DNA from: Oscillospiraceae bacterium
GTDB lineage: Bacteria > Bacillota > Clostridia > Oscillospirales > Acutalibacteraceae
Length of the DNA stretch: 64,000 bases
NCBI GenBank assembly: GCA_031288555.1
Contig: JAITRE010000029.1
Location: forward strand, 3,621 to 67,620
Direction of reading: 5' to 3'
Under the pieces are notes generated by a model, which did not search any database, was not told where the DNA came from, and saw only the letters and a program-made list of their open reading frames with translations. The stretch's first letter is position 1. Each line of letters begins with the position of its first letter. A program made the position numbers and the translations under genes. Positions 57,056 through 64,000 of this stretch are shown here, piece after piece.

Positions 57056-57265
57056 TTATGATTTTTGACGATAATTGCAAGAGGACGGAAAGTTAATAAT
57101 TTTACAACAATCTGCTTGGTTATTTGTAGTGCTATAATTTTCATCGTTAAAATCCATAAAAATAACATTTGAATTTTTATTTTTTTTAACATCTAATTTT
57201 ATTGCTTTAAAATTTAAATTTTTGTAAAAAATTTTGAAAACAAACGTCTTTAAAAAATCTTTCAT
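57056..57265 (-). CDS. Hypothetical 69-aa protein
   Basis: The internal ATG 57265 lies 9 nt after AAGGAG, whereas the ORF-track start 57286 has no SD. No recognisable domain. Confidence 0.3.
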   Translation of the reverse strand: MKDFLKTFVFKIFYKNLNFKAIKLDVKKNKNSNVIFMDFNDENYSTTNNQADCCKIINFPSSCNYRQKS

Positions 57266-57562
57266 TAGTAGAATCTCCTTAAACATTGTTTTTTAAAACA
57301 ACTTAAACTTAAAAAAAATTCTTTTAATATTTTTTAAAATAAGTTCAAATATTTTATTGTTAAATCAACAGTAATTACTAAGACCGAAGCCTGACTCATC
57401 TATTTTATGCAACAACAGAAAAAATATTCTTGTTTTAAAAAATATTTTTCTACTTTTTAACTTATTCAAAAATAGTTTGGCCCAAAAAAGAAGTAATTAA
57501 ACAAAAAACTGAAATTAACATAAGTTTAAATAATTTTGTTAAAGTTTTTCTGTTCTCTAAAA

Positions 57563-57594
57563 AATACCTTCAATTTTAAAAAATTAAAGGTATT
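57563..57594 (-). terminator. Near-perfect hairpin plus T-run; probable feo operon terminator
   Basis: AATACCTTCAATTTT / AAAATTAAAGGTATT arms (one mismatch), with TTTTTT following on the minus strand. Confidence 0.45.
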
Positions 57595-57834
57595 TTACAA
57601 TAAAACTACTTAAAATAAGATAAAAAATAATAAACAAATTTTCAACTTTAGAAGTACATAGCTTTTTAGAGAAAAATATATAATTTTCCGTATTGTAAGA
57701 AGAAGTGATTTTCAAAATAAAATTTCATTAATTTTAAAACTTTAATTTGTACAACAGCTTACAGTACATAATATGCCTATAAAAAATAATTTGTGATTTT
57801 TAATTTGTTGCTGTGCACCAAGCTTTTGCTAAAT

Positions 57835-57999
57835 TTAAGTTTTATTTTTTTTATTTTTAGAATAGCAAAATTGACATTTTCCACCGCAAGATTTACAGTC
57901 AATTTTATCTGTTTTGCTTTTCTTTGCAAAAGTAAATTTAAGAACTGGAAATAAAACTACCGTTCCAGCAAAAATGGCTACTATCAAATCTACTATCAT
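57835..57999 (-). CDS. FeoB-associated Cys-rich small membrane protein (54 aa; MIVDLIVAIFAGTVVLFPVLKF...CKSCGGKCQFC)
   Basis: Not in the ORF track. AGGAG RBS, one TM helix plus a CxxCxxxCxxC tail, immediately downstream of feoB, as in many Firmicutes. Confidence 0.6.
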   Translation of the reverse strand: MIVDLIVAIFAGTVVLFPVLKFTFAKKSKTDKIDCKSCGGKCQFCYSKNKKNKT

Positions 58000-58036
58000 A
58001 GCACAAGCTCCTAATTTTTGAGTTATTTTAATTTAT

Positions 58037-60115
58037 CTACATTAAAAAGATATTGCAAACAAAAAATACAAATGCCGACACAACCCAAGCAACAACCAAC
58101 TGATATATTACTGCAAAAAAAGTAAGTTTAGTATTTTCAAATTCTTGTCGAATAGCTGAAACAGCTGCTATACAAGGGGTGTATAATAAAACAAAAGTCA
58201 TAAAAGAAAAAGCTGATGCTTTAGAAAATACATTTGATACGACTTTGGAAAGTTCAGCTGTATCAATGGTGTTGTAAAGTACAGCCATAGTGCTCACAAC
58301 GGACTCTTTAGCTGCTATTCCCGCAACAAGTGCCACAGAAGCTCTCCAATCGCCAAATCCGCAAGGAGTGAAAATAGGACTAATAAATGCTGCTATTTTA
58401 GCAAGCATACTTTCGTGACTACTTTCAACCATTTGCATTTTAAAATTAAAAGATTCAAAAAACCAAATTATTATTGAACACGCCAAAAGAACTGTTCCGG
58501 CTCTTTTTAAAAAATCTTTAACTCTTTCCCACACGTGCATGAAAAGACTTTTAATTGTTGGCATTCTGTATTGAGGAAGTTCCATTATAAATGGCGCACT
58601 CTCTCCTTTGGCTACAGTTTTTTTTAATACCACTGCTGAAAAAATAGCTACAAGTACTCCTATTAAGTAAAGCAAAAAAATTATTAACGGTTGATTTTCG
58701 CTAAAAAAAATAGGTACCATAAGTGCGTATATAGGCATTTTAGCACTACACGACATAAATGGTATAACAAAAATTGTCAAACGCCTATCTTTTTGGTTTT
58801 CGATAGTTCTAGTGCTCATAACCGCTGGAACAGTGCAACCAAACCCCATAAGCAAAGGTACGAAAGATTTACCTGACAAACCTAGTTTTCTTAAAAGTTT
58901 ATCCATTATAAAGGCGCATCTTGACATATATCCACTATCTTCTAAAATAGAAAGTAGAGAAAATAAAATTACAATTTGAGGTAAAAACGACGCTGCTGCT
59001 CCAACCCCTTTTACTATTCCGTCTAAAACAAGACTTTTAGTCCACAAAGAAGCTTTGGCACTCACTAATATGTTAATAAAAAAATTTGTTACGTGTTCGT
59101 CTATAAAAAATGCAACTTTTTCTTTTAAAAATTCACCAAAACTTCCAAAAGTCATATTAAAAATTATAAAAATAAAAAAGAAGAATATTGGAATTGCAAG
59201 TATTTTATGCGTTAAGATTTTATCTATTCTGTCTGAAAATGTTTCTTTTTCTCGATCACATTTTTTAACAACTTTATTGCAAACACTGCATATATACTTG
59301 TAGCGTTGATCTGCTATTATAACTTGTCTATCCACATTTTTAGATGTTTTTATACGATTTTTTAAAATATTAATTTTATTAAATTGCGATTTATTAAGTT
59401 TTATAGATTTTAAAATTAACTGATCGTCTTCAAATAATTTTACAGCACCCCATCTTGTTGAGCTAAGTTTTTTATGCTTTGCATCAGATATGATATTTTC
59501 TATTTTTTTTATTACATAATCAACCTCACTGTTGTAAAAACTTTTAGTTTTGTAATTACTAACTTTTTTTTTTGAAATTTCTAAAGCTCTTTCTATTAGT
59601 TTTTCAAGACCCTCACCACGACTAGCTGAAATTGGTACAACGCAAACACCAAATTTACGTTCCAATTCTTTTATGTTGACTGTATCACCTTTTTTGTTAA
59701 ATATATCTATCATATTTAAAGCAACTACTATAGGTATACCAAATTCTGCTATTTGTGTTGTTAAATAAAGATTTCTTTCTATATTAGTCGAATCTACAAC
59801 ATTAATAATCGCATCTGGCGGGTCGTTAATTAAACTGTTTCTTGTTATAATTTCTTCAGGTGAATAAGGTGAAAGCGAGTAAATTCCCGGTAAATCTAAA
59901 ATTTTCATAACTTGTTTTTTAAATTTTGATTTACCTTCTTTTTTTTCAACTGTAACACCTGGCCAATTTCCAACGTATTGAGTGCTTCCTGTGAGCTGAT
60001 TAAAGAGCGTTGTTTTGCCGCTGTTAGGATTGCCAATAAGAGAAAATTTTAAAATTGCTTCTTTGTGTAGAGTCTTACTTTTTTTTGTAAGATTTGTATT
60101 TTTTGGTTGAATCAT
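58037..60115 (-). CDS. feoB: Ferrous iron transporter FeoB
   Basis: G-domain GNPNSGKTTLFN, DLPGIYSL, then a polytopic membrane domain. ATG 60115 lies 9 nt after GGAG, and the ORF-track start 60130 is TTG. Confidence 0.92.
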   Translation of the reverse strand: MIQPKNTNLTKKSKTLHKEAILKFSLIGNPNSGKTTLFNQLTGSTQYVGNWPGVTVEKKEGKSKFKKQVMKILDLPGIYSLSPYSPEEIITRNSLINDPPDAIINVVDSTNIERNLYLTTQIAEFGIPIVVALNMIDIFNKKGDTVNIKELERKFGVCVVPISASRGEGLEKLIERALEISKKKVSNYKTKSFYNSEVDYVIKKIENIISDAKHKKLSSTRWGAVKLFEDDQLILKSIKLNKSQFNKINILKNRIKTSKNVDRQVIIADQRYKYICSVCNKVVKKCDREKETFSDRIDKILTHKILAIPIFFFFIFIIFNMTFGSFGEFLKEKVAFFIDEHVTNFFINILVSAKASLWTKSLVLDGIVKGVGAAASFLPQIVILFSLLSILEDSGYMSRCAFIMDKLLRKLGLSGKSFVPLLMGFGCTVPAVMSTRTIENQKDRRLTIFVIPFMSCSAKMPIYALMVPIFFSENQPLIIFLLYLIGVLVAIFSAVVLKKTVAKGESAPFIMELPQYRMPTIKSLFMHVWERVKDFLKRAGTVLLACSIIIWFFESFNFKMQMVESSHESMLAKIAAFISPIFTPCGFGDWRASVALVAGIAAKESVVSTMAVLYNTIDTAELSKVVSNVFSKASAFSFMTFVLLYTPCIAAVSAIRQEFENTKLTFFAVIYQLVVAWVVSAFVFFVCNIFLM

Positions 60116-60368
60116 ACTTTTTTTCTCCAATGTAATCCTTATTTAGCTCTTCTATAATAATTTCTCTTGCTTCAGCTTTTCTTATACTTAAACTATAGCC
60201 TCTAACATTAATTTCTATTGGGTCGCCAAAAGGCGCTACTTTTTTCATTGTTATAATAGCCCCAGGAGTAACACCCATATCTATTATTCTTCTTCTAAGT
60301 GCTCCCGAGCTGCCAACACTTAAAACAACTCCAGACTCGTATGGTTTTAATTTATTAACAGTTTTCAT
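60075..60368 (-). CDS. feoA: FeoA with Lys-rich C-terminal extension overlapping feoB
   Basis: LKPYESGVVLSV...RRIIDMGVTPGAIITMKKVAPFGDPIEINVRGYSLSIRKAEA is a FeoA SH3-like domain. ATG 60368 is the probable start. Confidence 0.8.
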   Translation of the reverse strand: MKTVNKLKPYESGVVLSVGSSGALRRRIIDMGVTPGAIITMKKVAPFGDPIEINVRGYSLSIRKAEAREIIIEELNKDYIGEKKYDSTKKYKSYKKK

Positions 60369-60664
60369 TTTTGCATATCCTTTCTTAAGAAAAAGATATG
60401 AAAGCATTAAATTTCGCTATTTTAAAAACTAATTTCTGCATATTAATTATTTTATATTTTGAAAAGTATTTTTAAAATAAATATATTTTTTAAAAATATG
60501 AAAAAATTTTAAAAAGTATTCAAAATGAAAATTGAAGAAATTAATTTTTAAAAACTATACGTTCTTTTAATTTGTCCTTAATGCTAACAAATCTTGCTAA
60601 AATTTTTACAAAAAAATTAAAGTTTTCTTTTAAATTTAAAAAGCCAGTAGTAACTTTTCTATTT

Positions 60665-60742
60665 TGGTCCGCTCGGAGGGATTTGAACCCACGATCTACA
60701 GAATCGGAATCTGTTGCGATATCCAAGCTTCGCTACGAGCGG
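60665..60742 (-). tRNA. tRNA-Arg (anticodon CCG), CCA encoded; atypical C1:G72 and a T-stem mismatch
   Basis: Reverse complement CCGCTCGTAGCGAAGCTTGGATATCGCAACAGATTCCGATTCTGTAGATCGTGGGTTCAAATCCCTCCGAGCGGACCA. Confidence 0.65.
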
Positions 60743-60853
60743 AAATTTTTAAAATTTAACTTATAAAATTTCATACACTTTAAATTATATCATAAAACAA
60801 AAACTATTTAAAATTTAAGCTTATTCTTTGTTCTAAATTATTATTTTAAAATT

Positions 60854-61642
60854 TTAAACAACCATCAAATTACACACTGGTAGAAAACTCAAGCTTTCTG
60901 AACTTAAATTAAAATTTAAGTTTTTAGGGCAAACAATAGCAATGTTGAAATCTGCATAATTAAAAGTTATAAATTTATATTGTGGGAAATTTTTAAAATC
61001 ACCTATAATTTTTTCATTAACAATGTGGATTTGATTAATGTCTAAAATTTTTAAATTTACATTTATTCCTGTTTTCAAACATTTGCCCAAAGCTTCTTTA
61101 ATCACCCATAAAATCATTAGTTTTCTCGACAAATCTAATTCTAAATCTTTTAGTAAATTTATTTCTTTTGGATTTATAAGTCTTTTGAGTGAATCTATTT
61201 TTTTAATGTCGTATTTTTCAACATCTACTCCAAAAATTAATGAACTATCAAAAACTAAAGATATTCCTAAATTTTTAGAATGAGATATAGTAGCACTTAA
61301 ATTTTTTTGACAATTTTCTATAATAGGCTGATTAAATATACCGTTTTTAATTAGTATTTCTTTTAAATTCAAGTAGCTGAAAAGCGAAAAAAGTGCTTTT
61401 TTAGTTGCATATCTTCCTAAAAGATAATCTTTTATTTTTGATTCGCAAGATGTCTGAGATAAAATTTTTAATTCTTTTAAATGAAAGAAATTTGGTAATT
61501 TGTAATTTAACAAAATGGTATTTATTTTATTTTCTTTTATTATGTCGTTTAATTTATCAATTTCACACAAACACAGTGAAACATTATAAAATTCTTCTTC
61601 ACAATTAACAGAAGTTTTGAATAATCTGCTTTTTATGACCAT
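60854..61642 (-). CDS. Sfp-type 4'-phosphopantetheinyl transferase
   Basis: GRYATKKA, ISHSKN, FGVDVE and WVIKEALGK motifs in a two-domain (~260 aa) protein. Confidence 0.72.
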   Translation of the reverse strand: MVIKSRLFKTSVNCEEEFYNVSLCLCEIDKLNDIIKENKINTILLNYKLPNFFHLKELKILSQTSCESKIKDYLLGRYATKKALFSLFSYLNLKEILIKNGIFNQPIIENCQKNLSATISHSKNLGISLVFDSSLIFGVDVEKYDIKKIDSLKRLINPKEINLLKDLELDLSRKLMILWVIKEALGKCLKTGINVNLKILDINQIHIVNEKIIGDFKNFPQYKFITFNYADFNIAIVCPKNLNFNLSSESLSFLPVCNLMVV

Positions 61643-61700
61643 TTTAAAAGAGCTCCTTTTTAAAATTACATTTATATATTTTTAAAAAACACAAAGAAAT

Positions 61701-62993
61701 TTATTTAATAATTTTTCCGTCCCAAAGATCGCAACCTTCTGTAACAATTTTATCGTAAGCTTTGATAGTGTTTTCTAAACTTACGTCTTTTGGATCAGGA
61801 TTTTGGTTACAAATTACGTAATCATGTCCAACATATGTAATAACAACTTCTTTAAAAATTAACTCATTACCTCTAAGAGTAAAAACTCCTGTAGCTTTTT
61901 TAGAAACTTCTTTACAATTTTCTTGTTTTCTAGCAACCTCTTTGTGTAGAGCAATTTTAGGAATTTTTATCCCGCTGTAACTGTTTAAACAAATAGATAG
62001 TTTTTCCTGCCTAAGATTTATAAGTTCTGTATTCATATAATCGCAACTGCAAACAATAGTCGCTAAAGAATTTTTGTCTTTTTGATTTATAGATACTACC
62101 TCTACAGGAATTTTTTGAGATGTAATCATTGGAATTAATATGTTAAAATTCATTCCTGCTGCAAACTTCGTTACGTCATCAGAATTTATATTAAACGCAA
62201 TATACCAAGATAAGTCGTCAACAATTTTGCCTATAATATTTTTAGAATTGAATTTATTTTGAGGAGTTACAGAATTTAGATCTTCGGGAGTCAAAAAAGC
62301 AATTGATTCAAAATTAAAAACATTTTCATAGCCGTCTAGATGATCTATAAAACTACCGGCTTCAGTAGATCTTATACAAGCTTTCACAGCCTCCTTGCAA
62401 GAATCTTTTAAGGTTTGGCGTCGTTTTTTTAATTCTAAAATTCTATCATTGAAATTTTGAGTCTTTCCTAATATAATTTGTCTTTCATTCAAAAATTCAA
62501 TTAGAGCTTCTTTTTTAAAAGTAATTTCTTGATGGCGAAAATTATCTACATCATTAGAAATAAAACGAATTACATTGAAAATTTGTTTTGAAACTTCATT
62601 TGGGTCTGATGCAAAGGAAATTTTAGACTTGTTAAACAATTTTAGTTTTTCTATTTCAATGTTTATGTCTTTTATCTTTTTTTTTGCAATAGCGTCTTCA
62701 ACCGTGTTGTAAACAGAAGCAATTAGCCCTCCTTTAGAAACTCTTTGACCGTTTTTAAGTTCAAAAATCATAACACCTTTGTTAACGTCGTCAGAAGAAA
62801 CAACAGTTTCCTTTTTGATTATGTATCCATACGCATCAACATTATCTTCGATTGTTGCTAAAACGGCTATTTCTGTTTTTATACTTGGGTATATTAAGAA
62901 AAAAACTTGATAAAATACCAAAAGGAACACTAAAAAAAATAAACAACATAAAATTTGCAAAGTTCTATTTTTTTTAAAAAATAAAAATCTCAT
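61701..62993 (-). CDS. HlyD-family-like membrane-anchored protein (barrel-sandwich + coiled coil)
   Basis: N-terminal TM helix, lipoyl-like segment (...VMIFELKNGQRVSKGGLIASVYNT), long coiled coil, then IRSTEAGSF... typical of adaptor proteins. No partner transporter is adjacent. Confidence 0.45.
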   Translation of the reverse strand: MRFLFFKKNRTLQILCCLFFLVFLLVFYQVFFLIYPSIKTEIAVLATIEDNVDAYGYIIKKETVVSSDDVNKGVMIFELKNGQRVSKGGLIASVYNTVEDAIAKKKIKDINIEIEKLKLFNKSKISFASDPNEVSKQIFNVIRFISNDVDNFRHQEITFKKEALIEFLNERQIILGKTQNFNDRILELKKRRQTLKDSCKEAVKACIRSTEAGSFIDHLDGYENVFNFESIAFLTPEDLNSVTPQNKFNSKNIIGKIVDDLSWYIAFNINSDDVTKFAAGMNFNILIPMITSQKIPVEVVSINQKDKNSLATIVCSCDYMNTELINLRQEKLSICLNSYSGIKIPKIALHKEVARKQENCKEVSKKATGVFTLRGNELIFKEVVITYVGHDYVICNQNPDPKDVSLENTIKAYDKIVTEGCDLWDGKIIK

Positions 62994-63039
62994 TTTTTCA
63001 AAAACCCTTTAATATTAAAATTTGATTTTAAACATAATT

Positions 63040-63984
63040 CTATTTTAAAAACTTTAAATTAATTATTTTTTTGGCTTTATAAAAAATTTCTTCAAAGTTC
63101 TTACATTCGTCTACATAAATCCAAAAAATAGATTTATCTTTTAAAAACCAAGTTATTTGTCTTTTTGCATAATGTCTAGTTGCTTTTTTAATATTTTCCA
63201 CAGCTTCCGAAAGAGAAATTTCATTTTTGAAATATGGTAAAAACTCCTTATATCCAATAACACAACTAGCTGTAGCAACGTTGCCACAATCTTTCTTAAA
63301 AATTTTTCTTGCTTCTTCTTCAAGACCTAAAGAAATCATGCGATCGACACGGGAATTTATTTTATTGTAAAGAGTTTCTCTGTTTTTATAGTTTAAACCT
63401 ATAGAACATACGTTATATTTATCGGTTCGTCGATTTAATTTATTTTGTTCAGTTAAAGTTCTACCAGTAGCATAATAAATTTCCAAAGATCTTATTATTC
63501 TTTTTTCGTCATTTACATGTAATTTATTTGCTCTTTCTAGATCAATTTTGGAAAGTTCTGAAAGCAAATAATCATATCCATGTAAATTTGCACGATGTTT
63601 TAAATATTTTTTAATTTCTTCGTTATTATTTTGCTCTGCAAAGAAAATATCGTTTAAAAGACTTTTTACATAAAAACCAGTGCCTCCGCATACAATGGGA
63701 AATTTTTTTTTATCCATTTTTTTTATGATATTTCTCGCAAGCTTAACATATTTTGCTACGCTGCATTCTTCGTAAATAGATAAAGATCCAAATAAATGAT
63801 GGACTACATCGCACATTTCTTCTTTATTCGGTTTATTAGTAGCTATATTGAAAGTGTCATAAAGCTGCATAGAATCAGCGTTTATTATCTCACCGTTTAA
63901 GTCTTTAGCAATTTCAATCGAAAGACGAGTTTTCCCAGTGGCAGTCGGCCCTATTAACGATATAATTTTAGTTTTTTCAAGCAT
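63040..63984 (-). CDS. miaA: tRNA dimethylallyltransferase
   Basis: IIGPTATGKT P-loop, INADSMQLY and GGTGFY motifs. Confidence 0.93.
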   Translation of the reverse strand: MLEKTKIISLIGPTATGKTRLSIEIAKDLNGEIINADSMQLYDTFNIATNKPNKEEMCDVVHHLFGSLSIYEECSVAKYVKLARNIIKKMDKKKFPIVCGGTGFYVKSLLNDIFFAEQNNNEEIKKYLKHRANLHGYDYLLSELSKIDLERANKLHVNDEKRIIRSLEIYYATGRTLTEQNKLNRRTDKYNVCSIGLNYKNRETLYNKINSRVDRMISLGLEEEARKIFKKDCGNVATASCVIGYKEFLPYFKNEISLSEAVENIKKATRHYAKRQITWFLKDKSIFWIYVDECKNFEEIFYKAKKIINLKFLK

Positions 63985-64000
63985 TTTAAAAAATTAAGTT

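Noticed and set aside
60408-60540. Fur box upstream of feoA
   Set aside because: Only degenerate AT-rich similarity to TGATAATNATTATCA (for example TGAAAATTGAAGA). It is not distinguishable from background in this composition.
60541-60766. Two ~60-aa ORFs on opposite strands
   Set aside because: Both overlap the tRNA-Arg(CCG) gene.

Overview
This is a very AT-rich chromosomal segment, by eye about 25-30% G+C. Gene content points to an endospore-forming, Clostridia-like Firmicute: spoIIAA-spoIIAB-sigF, bofA, SpoVD/SpoVE-type PBP/SEDS genes and Prp-processed L27. Most of the window is core housekeeping. Cell envelope and division genes are murD (3' fragment), murA, ftsQ/divIB, zapA, mreB, mreC, a truncated dcw cluster (mraZ-rsmH-ftsL-PBP-mraY-ftsW/spoVE), a second FHA-fused SEDS plus PBP pair, and a DacF-like carboxypeptidase. 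Other core genes are recA, cmk, dut, a family-4 UDG, dapA and folE. Translation and tRNA-modification genes are rplU-prp-rpmA, alaS, rbfA, nrnA, miaA, miaB and nifZ-thiI. Also present are clpC, plsX, a HIT protein, ecfA1/ecfA2, metK, feoAB and nine tRNA genes in three minus-strand loci. I saw no rRNA, CRISPR array, transposase/IS or convincing prophage. The non-housekeeping content worth a second look is as follows. (1) Three tandem paralogous genes at 22.3-23.8 kb encode a conserved 69-aa Nif11-like leader ending in a double-glycine motif, followed by divergent Gly/Lys-rich cores. Each copy carries its own conserved upstream module, and no modification enzyme or C39-peptidase exporter is nearby. 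(2) A fourth, unrelated GG-motif small peptide gene at 39.6-39.8 kb converges on a HlyD-adaptor/FtsX-permease pair that lacks an ATPase gene. (3) About 1.4 kb of flanking non-coding DNA contains unannotated small ORFs or transcription units. (4) An FHA-domain::SEDS fusion is paired with a class B PBP. (5) An Sfp-type PPTase and a HlyD-like membrane protein lie downstream of miaA with no carrier-protein genes in view. All functional calls rest on motif recognition in the supplied translations; no searches were run.
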